From a candidate division WOR-3 bacterium (GTDB lineage Bacteria > Hydrothermota > 32-111): 64,000 nucleotides of DNA. Below, piece after piece: positions 34,256 to 44,590 of the stretch; position 1 is the first letter of the stretch; each line of letters opens with the position of its first letter. The notes under the pieces were generated by a model. That model made no database searches. It was not told the DNA's origin and saw only the letters and a program-made list of their open reading frames with translations. Where the stretch lies: assembly GCA_037481815.1 (NCBI GenBank), contig JBBFKX010000001.1:736001-800000 (forward strand). The letters are read 5' to 3'. A program made the position numbers and the translations under genes.

Positions 34256-34583
34256 CAACATAAAGATACTCTTTTAATTTTTCTAAACGCTTTGTTTTTA
34301 TACCTTCAACATACAAAAGTTCTTCTATCCTTTTGAAACCTTTTAAACTATCCCTCATCTTTATAATTTTTTGAGCAGTTTTTTCTCCTATTCCTGGAAC
34401 TTTAAGGAGATCGTTCAACGTTGCACTGTTAAGTTCATATTTTTCAGAACTGGCTTTAAAATCGTTTGTTTGAAATTCTCGAAACTCGATTTTTTTGTTT
34501 TCAACCTTCTGGTTGAACAAATAAATAAAAATTGAAAATAACAGTATGACAAGAGATAGAACAAAAAAAACTCTATCTGTCAT
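34242..34583 (-). CDS. comEA: ComEA-like helix-hairpin-helix DNA-binding membrane protein
   Basis: N-terminal TM; LNSATLNDLLKVPGIGEKTAQKII..R...F..IEELLYVEGI. Confidence 0.85.
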   Translation of the reverse strand: MTDRVFFVLSLVILLFSIFIYLFNQKVENKKIEFREFQTNDFKASSEKYELNSATLNDLLKVPGIGEKTAQKIIKMRDSLKGFKRIEELLYVEGIKTKRLEKLKEYLYVDENR

Positions 34584-35448
34584 ATATTGTTTCAATTAAA
34601 ACCTCCCCAACATCCTTTAAACTTTCCTCACTACATTTGTCTGGAGTATCATCTACAGTATGCCAATATTTGTATTCAATATCTATTATATTGACACACC
34701 TAAATCCTTTTTTGTTTAAAGGTATGTGATCGTCTTCAACAAAAAAACCCATTTTGTTTATAAAACTTTTTTTGTTTAACTTTTTTGCTTTTTCAAATAT
34801 TTTGTCATAAAGTTCAGAATTTGCAAATTCAGAGTTGATCTCTCTTTTGATATTTAAATCACTATCTCCGACCATATCAACCAGTATTGCAATTTTTGGA
34901 ACCCTTCCATTATAGTTTTCTGCAAAAAACTTTGAACCGATAAACCACTCGTCAGGATGTGCAATCGTTCCCCCATCTTCTCCATCAAAAAAAACAAAAT
35001 CAATCCTCTCGTTGTATTTATTCTCTTTGAAAAATTTTGCAAGTGCCAAAAGAAGGGCTGTTGAAGAAGCTCCATCATTTGCACCAGGAGTTGGTTTATT
35101 CTTTATATTGGAAAAAGGTCTTGAATCGAAATGTGAAAATAACATAACATTTTCTTCTTTCTCTTTGTTTAAAATTCCTATTATGTTGCAGAACTCAATT
35201 TCTTTTTTTGAATACGAAACTTTTTGTTTAAATTTTTGAACATAAACAGTATCAACGTAATTTTTCAGAAAATTAACGATAAAATCAACAGTTTTTTTGT
35301 GTGCTTCGCTTCCTGGAACTCTTGGGCCAAACGAACATTGTTTTTCAAGAAGTGAAAATGAGAGCCCCGGATCAAAATCTAGAGAAAAAAAATCAACTTT
35401 TAAAATAAGAAAAAAACTAAGAAATAAAAATTTTTTTAAAGATTTCAT
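34573..35448 (-). CDS. M28-family peptidase, glutaminyl-cyclase-like
   Basis: GPRVPGSEAH, SHFDSR, PGANDGAS, FDGED, DMVGD, EDDHIP, WHTVDD; signal peptide. Confidence 0.85.
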   Translation of the reverse strand: MKSLKKFLFLSFFLILKVDFFSLDFDPGLSFSLLEKQCSFGPRVPGSEAHKKTVDFIVNFLKNYVDTVYVQKFKQKVSYSKKEIEFCNIIGILNKEKEENVMLFSHFDSRPFSNIKNKPTPGANDGASSTALLLALAKFFKENKYNERIDFVFFDGEDGGTIAHPDEWFIGSKFFAENYNGRVPKIAILVDMVGDSDLNIKREINSEFANSELYDKIFEKAKKLNKKSFINKMGFFVEDDHIPLNKKGFRCVNIIDIEYKYWHTVDDTPDKCSEESLKDVGEVLIETIYDR

Positions 35449-35980
35449 CAGCACTCTTCTTTAACTGTTCTATAGAACCGGTGTTTTCAACAACAAAATC
35501 ACTGAAAAGTATTTTTTTATCATCAGACCATTGATATCTATCGAGCAATTTGTAGAGTTCTCTGTCAGCACCTCTCCTTTTTTCAAAAATTCTTCGAAAC
35601 CTCTCCTCAAAATCTCCATCCTTAATGAGTATTATTGTATCAAAATAATAATCTATCTGCCATTCAAAAATGAGTGCAGCATCCAAAATCACATCATCAT
35701 ATTTTTCACAATTTTCTATTATGTAGTCGGGAAGATGTGTATACATCCAGTTGTTGTATTTTACAAAAAGATTTTCATCCTTTACAATGCTTTCCTTCAA
35801 TTTTTCAACATAATTTTGATCATGTTTCAAACCAAGGAGAGCAAAGATTTCTTTCTGGTTCTCCCTTAAAAGTTCTTTCCCAAGTTCATCACCAAAAATT
35901 ATTTTGATCTTTCCTTTTGAAAGGAATTCTGCAAAAGTGCTTTTCCCAGATCCGAATTTACCGGTTATTCCTATTTTCAT
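35417..35980 (-). CDS. coaE: Dephospho-CoA kinase
   Basis: IGITGKFGSGKST, LDAALIFE, DFVVENTGS. Confidence 0.85.
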   Translation of the reverse strand: MKIGITGKFGSGKSTFAEFLSKGKIKIIFGDELGKELLRENQKEIFALLGLKHDQNYVEKLKESIVKDENLFVKYNNWMYTHLPDYIIENCEKYDDVILDAALIFEWQIDYYFDTIILIKDGDFEERFRRIFEKRRGADRELYKLLDRYQWSDDKKILFSDFVVENTGSIEQLKKSADEIFKKIFIS

Positions 35981-36807
35981 TTTTTATAGCAGAATGTTAT
36001 AAAACTTAACCATTTTTTTCTTGGGTCATCTGTTATTATGACTTTTTTCGATAGATATCTTTCATTAAAAACAATTATTTTTCTCTTTTTAAATATTACT
36101 CTTAGGAGATCTTTCCCTCTAAAAAGATCCCATAAAAATTGAAGAACGTTCAATTTCAATCTGTTGGGAACAAAAACATTTGTGAAAGGATAAAGAAAAA
36201 TTTTTAATTTTGTGATTCTTCCGATCTCATTTCTTAAAGGGATTCCAGTGAATGTTATCCCAAAGATTTTGTAAAAATCAAAATATTTTGCAAGAATAGA
36301 ATCAAGTTCATAGTAGTTAAACTCTCTTATATGATGATGGTTCCATGGGGTTTGGAAAGGTAACAACCTTAAGTTTGAGTTCGGGGTTGTCAATATAAGT
36401 ACTCCATCATCTTTTAAAATTCTTTTCATCTCAAAAAAGAATAGATCAATATTTTCAATATGTTCAAGGACCTGAAACGCTACAACAACATCAAAACTTT
36501 TATCCTGGAACATAAGCCCTTTTTTTTCAAGTTTATCTATAAGTAAAAACTCAAGGTTTTCCCGTCCATACTTTTCCCTTGCGATTTTGATAACATCTGG
36601 AGAAAGATCTACACCAACAACTTTTTTTGCATAATTTTTTAATATTTGACTTCCATATCCAAACCCACAGCCAAAATCAAGAACAACTTTATCTTTTACA
36701 TAATCTTTTATAAGTTCATAGGACATTTTATGAAAAACAAAAAGAGGAAAAGATTCATTGCTCTGTGTCAGGATTTCAGGATTCAACCTTTCACTTGTTT
36801 TTTCCAT
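35977..36807 (-). CDS. Class I SAM-dependent methyltransferase
   Basis: VLDFGCGFGYG, FDVVVAFQVLEH, LTTPN. Confidence 0.88.
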   Translation of the reverse strand: MEKTSERLNPEILTQSNESFPLFVFHKMSYELIKDYVKDKVVLDFGCGFGYGSQILKNYAKKVVGVDLSPDVIKIAREKYGRENLEFLLIDKLEKKGLMFQDKSFDVVVAFQVLEHIENIDLFFFEMKRILKDDGVLILTTPNSNLRLLPFQTPWNHHHIREFNYYELDSILAKYFDFYKIFGITFTGIPLRNEIGRITKLKIFLYPFTNVFVPNRLKLNVLQFLWDLFRGKDLLRVIFKKRKIIVFNERYLSKKVIITDDPRKKWLSFITFCYKK

Positions 36808-36818
36808 TTTAATCCCCT

Positions 36819-37706
36819 TCAGTTTAAATTTGTTTTACCTTTAAGATTCGTTAACAACTTTTCAAAAAGTGAGAACAAAAAAACAAAGTACAACCTTATG
36901 ATGATTCCACAGTAAAGAACGAATTTAAAGATTCCAGTTTTAATAAAATGTTTTCTAAAAAAATTGAACATCCCAAGATTGTGGTAAACCTGAGCTCTGG
37001 AGAACCCCTCTTTCACACTCGCACCATGAAAATGGAAAACCACAGCATCTGGTAAAAAAACAACCCTTTTTCCAGTTTTTTTGATCCTATAGCACAAATC
37101 GGTATCTTCAACAAAAAGTTTAAAATTCTCATCAAAAAAACCAATCTTTTCTATTAGATCTCTTTTTAACATTACAGCAGCACCCATCATCCAATCAACA
37201 TCCTGTATCTTATCATAATCAAGATATTCAAGCATAAAATCTTTACTTATCGGATTGTTTGGGAAAATGTTTCTTAAAAGAGATTTTCGACCAAAAAAAA
37301 CATTCAGATAGTTTGGAAATCTCCTACATGAGAGTTGTAAGCTTCCATCAAAATTTTTTAATTTCGCTCCAACCATTCCAACATTATCATTTTTTTCAAG
37401 AAAATCTGCCATCTTTTCAAAGGCACTTTCTGTCACTATAGTATCAGGATTTAACAGACAGATAAAATCACCATAGCTTCTTTCCATAGCGAGGTTGTTT
37501 GCATAGGCGAATCCTTTATTTTTTTTCAACCTTATCAATCTAACATTTTTGAATTCATCATAAATTATTCTTACAGTATTATCAGATGAACAGTTATCCA
37601 CGACTATTATTTCAAACTCTCTGTTTTTAAAAGAGGATATAACACTTTTCAAACAACTTTTTATAAATTTTTCTGAATTGTAAGTTACAATTATTATACT
37701 TATCAT
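36819..37706 (-). CDS. Glycosyltransferase family 2 (WbbL-like)
   Basis: ISIIIVTYN, VDNCSSD, LLNPD, FDENF.LFVEDTDLC. Start likely ATG 37706. Confidence 0.88.
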   Translation of the reverse strand: MISIIIVTYNSEKFIKSCLKSVISSFKNREFEIIVVDNCSSDNTVRIIYDEFKNVRLIRLKKNKGFAYANNLAMERSYGDFICLLNPDTIVTESAFEKMADFLEKNDNVGMVGAKLKNFDGSLQLSCRRFPNYLNVFFGRKSLLRNIFPNNPISKDFMLEYLDYDKIQDVDWMMGAAVMLKRDLIEKIGFFDENFKLFVEDTDLCYRIKKTGKRVVFLPDAVVFHFHGASVKEGFSRAQVYHNLGMFNFFRKHFIKTGIFKFVLYCGIIIRLYFVFLFSLFEKLLTNLKGKTNLN

Positions 37707-38416
37707 AATTTTTTTAAAATGGTCAGGATCCTCAATCTCCATACAAGCCAGAAAGCTTCCCAGATTATCTTTTTGTTCATCTTAGAATAACCATCCACTC
37801 TATCTCTGAAAATTATCGGGATCTCTTTAACTCTTCCATTTTTTCTATAAATCTTTACATCTATCTCTATCTGAAAAGCGTATCCATCGGATTTTATTTT
37901 TGAAAGATCTATGTTTTTCAAAAAGGACACCCTATAACATTTAAACCCACCAGTAAGATCATCTATTGGAACCCCTGTTATCAGTTTTGCGTAAATGTTT
38001 GCAAAATAGGAAAGCAAAAGTCGTTTCATTGGCCAATTTACAACACTTACTCCGTTGCAATACCTCGAGCCAATCACAAGATCATAATTTTGTATTTCTT
38101 TTAAAAATCTCTTTATATCTTCTGGATCATGCGAAAAATCAGCGTCCATTTCAAAAACATAATCATAACCTTTTTCAATGGCATACCTGAATCCAAGAAC
38201 ATAAGCGGTTCCAAGACCCATTTTTTTAGGTCTCTGGATAAGATTTATTCTTTTATCCTTTTCGATCATACCTTTCACAATATCTGCCGTTTTATCAGGC
38301 GAATTATCATCAATAATAAGTACTTCAATCGATTCATCCTGTTTTAAAACCGAATTGATTATTTTTTCTATGTTATCTTTCTCATTGTAGGTTGGAATTA
38401 TTATTAAAGTTCTCAT
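37703..38416 (-). CDS. Polyprenol-monophosphomannose synthase (DPM1-like GT2)
   Basis: IIPTYNEKDN, DDNSPD, GLGTAY, MDADFSH, DLTGGFK, GYAFQIE. Confidence 0.9.
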   Translation of the reverse strand: MRTLIIIPTYNEKDNIEKIINSVLKQDESIEVLIIDDNSPDKTADIVKGMIEKDKRINLIQRPKKMGLGTAYVLGFRYAIEKGYDYVFEMDADFSHDPEDIKRFLKEIQNYDLVIGSRYCNGVSVVNWPMKRLLLSYFANIYAKLITGVPIDDLTGGFKCYRVSFLKNIDLSKIKSDGYAFQIEIDVKIYRKNGRVKEIPIIFRDRVDGYSKMNKKIIWEAFWLVWRLRILTILKKL

Positions 38417-38447
38417 ATGATAACCTCTCATCAATTATACAAAAATT

Positions 38448-40940
38448 TTATCTTCTGTTCAACATAATCCTTTTTTCAAACAAAAAAACTGAAATGACAA
38501 TAATTATGCCCAAGATCGATATCAACAATGAAACAAATTGCAAATTTGGAGAAAAAGAAAAGATAACTTTATTTTTACCTTTTTCGATCTTCACCCCCCT
38601 GAATATGCCATCGACCTTCAACAGTTGAGAACAGTTTCCGTTAACATTCACCTTCCATCCTTTATAGTATTGATCAAGCATCAAAAGTATCGATTCTTTG
38701 TTTGTTTGGACTGTGAGTGAAACTTTATTTGGTGTATAAATTATAGAATCGATTCGATACTCCAAAATACTATCGATTTTCTGAAAATCTACCTCTGAAT
38801 TTTCAACAATCGCATATTTTCTTGGATTGAAATCTTCTCTATCGATTATATTTAAAGCTTCGTTTATATTATTTACTTTTATAAAAGAATCCACAACGAA
38901 AAATCTGGGGACAAAATCGCTTGAAATATGCAACATATAATCGTTTCCATAAAAAAATGGCTGAAATCCCATATTTCTAAAAAGATTCTGATAGAAAATA
39001 ATCGCATTCTGTGTTGAAACCGGATATCCGGTTGTATCTTCGGGAATTTTTGGTGTTATAAGGTATTTTACATTCAACAATTTCAACCTGTTCTTTTTAT
39101 CAAATAATGTTTGCGGATTGAACATCACAGAACCAGGATTGTTGATAAAAATCTGGTATTCATAAAAAGGACTTGGATGGATTCCGGATATGGTCTGGAT
39201 CCCATAAAGATTTAAAAAATCGTTTTCACCATAGGAAATCGGAAAAACTCTAAAAAGATCCATATCTTTTTGGATCTGTGAAACAATTTCATCCTTTTTA
39301 TAGTATTCACCTGGTGATGGTACTGAAACTATATAATCTTTTGAATAGTAATACATCTCAAAAAATTGAAACAAACTCAAAGAGAGTAAAAGATAGAATC
39401 TGTTTAACTGTTTAAATTTTGAAATAATAAAGAAAACTGAAACGATAATTATTATGTTGAAAACAATTATTAATTTTACATTGTTCAAGCAATACCTTAG
39501 GTTGTTTATTTTCATCTGCTTTATATTCTCAGAAAAAGTTTGTAAAATATTTTTTGAAAAAAGATTTTCATAAATACCTGGAAAAAGAATAATCGAAAGA
39601 CCGAGAACGGTTATAAAAATCAAAGAGATTTTCAAAGATTTCAAATCGATATCCTTTAGAATCAAAGAGGATAGTGTTACAAGAGAGAAAATGTTTATAA
39701 ATATGATAAGTTCGGGTGCCCTGAATTTATCAAAATATGGGAACATCATCCAGAACAATCTAAAAAATGGTGTCTTTCCACCAAGTGCTATCAAAAGAGT
39801 TACAAAGAAAACAATCGTGAAAAAACTTTGAACTCTATCCTTTTTACTTTTCAAAATTCCAGCTAATCCAAAAAACATTATAAATATTCCCGGATAGGAA
39901 TGATGAAGTTTGAAAGGATTTTCACCCCAATATGTGTTGATCTGTCCAACGTTGACACCAGAAAAACCATGGAAGAACATATCGATAATATCAGGAAATC
40001 CCATAGCCCAACTGATGGAATAGTTGTAATCTCTTGATATTCCCCTTGCAGCATCAGGTAAAAATCTTAAGATTGGAACATATTGAACTGCTGAAACAAG
40101 AAATGTGATAAAGGTGAAAAATATTAAAGAAAAATATACCAGCAAACTTTTTTTATTAAAATTCTTATCAAGTATCATAGGTAAAGAAACAGTTATTAAA
40201 AGAAAAATTAAAAAACCCAGATTTTTGTTTACAAATGAAAAGGTTACACCTAAAATGAATGAAACAAGAAAAGTCCAGTTCCTATATTTATGTTTAAAAT
40301 CTCTGTCAATATGTAAAAAAGATATGAAAAAGAGTGAGATTAGCAAAACATAGTAAGATGACTGAATATGACCTGAAAGAAACATTAATCCTGAAGCGAT
40401 CCCTCCAAAACCATAATAGAACAATTTTTCCTTTTGAAAACCCATATAAACAAAATACAGAACAACTGGCAGATAAGACATAACAATAACTCTTCCATCA
40501 TGCCCACCATAGGTTTCAGTTAAAATTATTCCTGTGAACATATATGCAATACTTCCAAAGAATGAAATATCTTTATCATCGGTTAATTCCTTTAAAAAAA
40601 TGTATGTCCCAAACCCTGCAATAAATGAATGTATCACAAAAGTCAGAGTCCATAGAATGAACATTGGGATAAACATCTTTAAAAATAGAGTTACAGGATA
40701 GAATATGTCACCAAGAAATCCTTCACCTGTTGGAATTCCAGCAAATTTCATTGGATTCCATAAAGGGAAATTTCCACTCATAATATTTTCCTGCACAAAA
40801 TATCTCTGTATATATTCGCCCATAACCCAATCGGTTCCAAAAAGCATTTTTCCTGTGAAAAGAACCTTACCAAAAATTATCAGGGGCAAAATAACAAGTA
40901 TGATAATGTAAAAAGTATCTTTCCTGATATCATTTTTCAT
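38448..40940 (-). CDS. YfhO-family GT-C membrane glycosyltransferase
   Basis: Polytopic; PLWNP..FAGIP...FYP, KFRAP, C-terminal YYKGWKVNVNG...FRGVKIEKG. Confidence 0.82.
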   Translation of the reverse strand: MKNDIRKDTFYIIILVILPLIIFGKVLFTGKMLFGTDWVMGEYIQRYFVQENIMSGNFPLWNPMKFAGIPTGEGFLGDIFYPVTLFLKMFIPMFILWTLTFVIHSFIAGFGTYIFLKELTDDKDISFFGSIAYMFTGIILTETYGGHDGRVIVMSYLPVVLYFVYMGFQKEKLFYYGFGGIASGLMFLSGHIQSSYYVLLISLFFISFLHIDRDFKHKYRNWTFLVSFILGVTFSFVNKNLGFLIFLLITVSLPMILDKNFNKKSLLVYFSLIFFTFITFLVSAVQYVPILRFLPDAARGISRDYNYSISWAMGFPDIIDMFFHGFSGVNVGQINTYWGENPFKLHHSYPGIFIMFFGLAGILKSKKDRVQSFFTIVFFVTLLIALGGKTPFFRLFWMMFPYFDKFRAPELIIFINIFSLVTLSSLILKDIDLKSLKISLIFITVLGLSIILFPGIYENLFSKNILQTFSENIKQMKINNLRYCLNNVKLIIVFNIIIIVSVFFIISKFKQLNRFYLLLSLSLFQFFEMYYYSKDYIVSVPSPGEYYKKDEIVSQIQKDMDLFRVFPISYGENDFLNLYGIQTISGIHPSPFYEYQIFINNPGSVMFNPQTLFDKKNRLKLLNVKYLITPKIPEDTTGYPVSTQNAIIFYQNLFRNMGFQPFFYGNDYMLHISSDFVPRFFVVDSFIKVNNINEALNIIDREDFNPRKYAIVENSEVDFQKIDSILEYRIDSIIYTPNKVSLTVQTNKESILLMLDQYYKGWKVNVNGNCSQLLKVDGIFRGVKIEKGKNKVIFSFSPNLQFVSLLISILGIIIVISVFLFEKRIMLNRR

Positions 40941-41844
40941 TTTTCCTCCATATTTTTTTATCACCTATAAAGAAAAAAAGGTAGAAGATTTCACCTATTG
41001 TAACTTGAATTCTTGAGAGTAAAGAACCAACAGCAGCTATTTCAACTCCAGTGTATTCTTTCAAAAGGAAGAATATCATCCCCTCTCTCACTCCAATACC
41101 AGCAGGCATCAAAATAGATAAAAAACCAACAACCCAACTTGAAGGATAAACGCTCAAAAGCCCTATGAAATCATAAGTTTTTAATGTGAAAGAGTATATC
41201 AAAAAATAAAACTCAACTCCTGAAAATATCCAGACGAGAAAGTAAAGGAACATTATAAAAATGTATTCATAAATTCCTATAACAAAATCAAATTTATCCT
41301 TTTTTAAAAATTTGAATAGAAGATTTATCACTTTTTTAAAAACAGTAGGGAACGATAACAATATAAAAAATAAAAAAAATATTAAAGATAAAATGATATA
41401 TAAAATGTTTTGATTCGATCTGATTATTGTAACAAGAAAGAAAAATGCACCTGTCAAAAGAAGCAGATATGTTTCCAATACAACAGCGGTAAAAGATTTT
41501 TTCTTTGGAACACCAACTCGTTCAAGCAGGGCGATTCTTCCAACCGTAAACCAGAGTTTTCCCGGAATATATTTTCCAAACATTGAGATTCCTATTATCC
41601 TCATCAACGTGTAAAGATCAACATCATGTCCCAAAGATATTAGAATCCTTTTAAAGGAAAAACACATAAAAAAATACCATATAGGTATCATCATAAACGA
41701 AAGTATAAGAAAGAAGAAATTGAATTTTATAGACCTAAAATCAACCTGTTTGATATAACCAAAAAGTTTATAGAAAATAAAAAAAACTATTGCTATAACA
41801 ATTAAGACCAAAACTACATTAAAAATTTTTTCCTTTTTATTCAT
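40930..41844 (-). CDS. Lysylphosphatidylglycerol-synthase-TM family putative flippase
   Basis: GKYIPGK.W, PAGIGVREG, SLLSR; about 8 TM segments. Confidence 0.8.
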   Translation of the reverse strand: MNKKEKIFNVVLVLIVIAIVFFIFYKLFGYIKQVDFRSIKFNFFFLILSFMMIPIWYFFMCFSFKRILISLGHDVDLYTLMRIIGISMFGKYIPGKLWFTVGRIALLERVGVPKKKSFTAVVLETYLLLLTGAFFFLVTIIRSNQNILYIILSLIFFLFFILLSFPTVFKKVINLLFKFLKKDKFDFVIGIYEYIFIMFLYFLVWIFSGVEFYFLIYSFTLKTYDFIGLLSVYPSSWVVGFLSILMPAGIGVREGMIFFLLKEYTGVEIAAVGSLLSRIQVTIGEIFYLFFFIGDKKIWRKNEK

Positions 41845-43003
41845 TTATTAAATCCAAATACTTTCTGTTCACTCTATCGATCGAAAATTTTTCCTTTATC
41901 TTTCTAAAACCACTTTTCTGCAACTCTCTGTAAACTTTTTCATTTTCTATAAGATAATTTATCTTATCTGCGAGTTCTCTTTCATCTTTTTCTTTGACAA
42001 GAAGCCCTGTCACTCTATCCTCTATTATATCTACTATTCCTCCAACATTCGTTCCTATTGAAACAGTTCCATTGATTATCGCTTCAACAAGAACCATCCC
42101 GAGCCCTTCAGTATCACCGTTTCTGTCATGGATTGCAGGAAGAACAAATATTTTACTTTTTTTGTAATATTCGATCAAATCTTTATCACCTACAAAACCA
42201 AGAAATTTTACACGCTCTATAAGTTTCTCTTTTCTTACAAGTTCTTCAAGTTCTATTTTTTTATATCCATCACCAATAATGTATAGTTTATAATCACCTT
42301 TTACAAATTTCATCGCTTTGATAAGATAATCTACACCCTTTCTTTCCACCAATCTTCCAACAAAAAGGATGATGTTCTCTTTTTCTGAAAAACTGATTTT
42401 CTCATCAATATGGACACCATAGGGAATAACCTCTATATCATACTTTTCGCCGCCGACAATTTCTTCTATCTGTTTTTTCGTATATGAAGATATAGCAACT
42501 ATTTTATAAGAGTTCTTTAAAATCAAATCGAGAAGAAATCTTTTACCAAAAAAACTTTTTTTGAAAAGTTTTAATTCAGCCCCGTAAAATACAGAAACTA
42601 TTCTCTTTTTTAGAAAAATTTTTGCAGGAAAAGAGATAAAAAAAAGTGGAAACGGCCAATGAACAAATATAAAATCTATTTTTTCATTTTTTGAAATTTT
42701 CAAATTTTCAATTATTCCGGTTAAAAAAAATAAAGGTAAAAGAAAAAACGCATTTTTGTTGAATTTCAAGTAATCCATTATCGTATAGTCATGCGTTAGT
42801 TTCATAAGATTTTTCGGAGCATAGTTGAATCTAAAAATTTTAATCTTATTGTATCTCTGTTTTCTAAAGACACCCTTATAACCTGAGGTTAAAACAAAAA
42901 CCTCATTTGTTTTTGACTGTTCTTCAAGAAGATCAACAAGCCAAGGAGTTATTATATCTTTTTTGTACCTTTTAAAGGCGGTTGTTATATGGAGTAATTT
43001 CAT
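41837..43003 (-). CDS. Glycosyltransferase family 4
   Basis: VHWPFP, FVGRLVERKG, EGLGMVLVEA. Confidence 0.9.
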   Translation of the reverse strand: MKLLHITTAFKRYKKDIITPWLVDLLEEQSKTNEVFVLTSGYKGVFRKQRYNKIKIFRFNYAPKNLMKLTHDYTIMDYLKFNKNAFFLLPLFFLTGIIENLKISKNEKIDFIFVHWPFPLFFISFPAKIFLKKRIVSVFYGAELKLFKKSFFGKRFLLDLILKNSYKIVAISSYTKKQIEEIVGGEKYDIEVIPYGVHIDEKISFSEKENIILFVGRLVERKGVDYLIKAMKFVKGDYKLYIIGDGYKKIELEELVRKEKLIERVKFLGFVGDKDLIEYYKKSKIFVLPAIHDRNGDTEGLGMVLVEAIINGTVSIGTNVGGIVDIIEDRVTGLLVKEKDERELADKINYLIENEKVYRELQKSGFRKIKEKFSIDRVNRKYLDLINE

Positions 43004-43004
43004 A

Positions 43005-43685
43005 TCAATTTAAAAAACCAATTTTTAAGATTGTATAAAAGGTTCTAATCGCATCTTTGATTCTAATCTTTTTTCCTTCTTTATAACTTCTGGGATAGTA
43101 ATTTATTGGAATCTCTTTAATTCTAACTCCCATTCTTTTCAATTTCATAGTTATCTCTGGATCTATTCCAAATCCTTTTGAAGTGATTTCAATTTTTTTG
43201 AAATAATCACTTCTGATCATCTTATAACATGTTTCCATATCCTCTATTCTTTGCCCAAGAAAAAATGATGTTGAGAAAGTCATAATCATATTTCCAAGAA
43301 ATTGTAAGAAAGTTAGTTTCTTTATGTTTTCTTTTGTAAATCTATTACCATAACAGGCAATACTCTTCCCTTCAACGATAGGTTTAATTAATTTAAGAAG
43401 ATCATTGGGATCATATTCAAGATCAGCATCCTGAATAACAACAACATCACCTGTAACAAATTTCTGTCCAGTTTTTATTGCACCAGCTTTACCAAGATTT
43501 TTTTCATGGAATCTCACCTTGACCAGATCATCTTTGAGATTTTTTAAAATCTCTCTTGTCCCATCGGTTGACATATCATCGACAACAATTATCTCTTTAT
43601 CCAATGGAAGATTTTTTACTTTTTCTATTATTTTTAAAATGTAATCCTTTTCATTATAAACTGGAATTATAACGGAGAGTTTCAT
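43005..43685 (-). CDS. Glycosyltransferase family 2 (DPM/DPG synthase-like)
   Basis: SVIIPVYNE, DDMSTDGT, IQDADLEYDP, DMETCYK, EGKKI. Confidence 0.9.
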   Translation of the reverse strand: MKLSVIIPVYNEKDYILKIIEKVKNLPLDKEIIVVDDMSTDGTREILKNLKDDLVKVRFHEKNLGKAGAIKTGQKFVTGDVVVIQDADLEYDPNDLLKLIKPIVEGKSIACYGNRFTKENIKKLTFLQFLGNMIMTFSTSFFLGQRIEDMETCYKMIRSDYFKKIEITSKGFGIDPEITMKLKRMGVRIKEIPINYYPRSYKEGKKIRIKDAIRTFYTILKIGFLN

Positions 43686-44590
43686 AACTTTTTTTTCAAC
43701 TCTTCGATATCCTCAATAACTATAGAAATAAGTTCAGAAACAAAACCAAGGATGAACATCAAAAGACCTGAAATTATTAAAAGTATCACAAGATAGAGAA
43801 TTGGTCTGAAACCAAAACCAAAAAATAATCTAATGATCAAAGCAACGATACCGATAAAAAAACCAAGAATAAAAAGAATACCACCACTTATTCCAAAAAA
43901 TATCATCGGTTTTTTCAAAAATGTTGTTAAAAATTTAACAGTCAAAAGGTCAAATAATCCGATCAAAATTCTAAACGAACTCGAATATTTTGAAACACCA
44001 TGTCTTCTGGGATAAAGAGTAACCTTTTCCTCAGTCACTGAGAACCCTTTTTCAATCGCAAGTGATACAATATACCTATGCCAATCTCTTCTTAAATGTA
44101 TAGAATTAAGAACCTCTTTTTTAAACGCTTTAAGTCCATTCTGATCATGTATTGGAAGATTAAAAAATTTTCTTGAAAGATAGTTGTATATCTTTGAAAC
44201 GAATGCTTTCTTATATTTACCCTGTTTCCAGCCAGTACAGATATCAAAATCATCATTCTCAATTCTCTTTACAAGTTTAAGACAATCATCAAAAGAATAT
44301 TGCATATCAGCATCGTAGATAACAAAAATTCCCCCAGAAGCGATCTCTTTTGCTGTTAAAATACCTGCTGTCTTTCCAAGGTTTTTTTTATGTTTTAAAA
44401 CTTTTATGTTCTGAAACTTTTGCGATAACTCAAAAGCTTTTTTGTAAGTTCCATCATTTGATCCATCGTCAACAAAAACAAGTTCCCATGAATAATTTTG
44501 ATTTTTATTGAATTCGTCAAATGTTTCAAACAATTCTTTAACATTATCAACCTCGTTGTAAGCGGAGCAGAGTACAGAAACCTTTATCAT
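43682..44590 (-). CDS. Glycosyltransferase family 2 (ArnC/GtrB-like, C-terminal TMs)
   Basis: VDDGSNDGT, DADMQ, HRYI, PRRHGVSKY; two C-terminal TM segments. Confidence 0.88.
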   Translation of the reverse strand: MIKVSVLCSAYNEVDNVKELFETFDEFNKNQNYSWELVFVDDGSNDGTYKKAFELSQKFQNIKVLKHKKNLGKTAGILTAKEIASGGIFVIYDADMQYSFDDCLKLVKRIENDDFDICTGWKQGKYKKAFVSKIYNYLSRKFFNLPIHDQNGLKAFKKEVLNSIHLRRDWHRYIVSLAIEKGFSVTEEKVTLYPRRHGVSKYSSSFRILIGLFDLLTVKFLTTFLKKPMIFFGISGGILFILGFFIGIVALIIRLFFGFGFRPILYLVILLIISGLLMFILGFVSELISIVIEDIEELKKKL

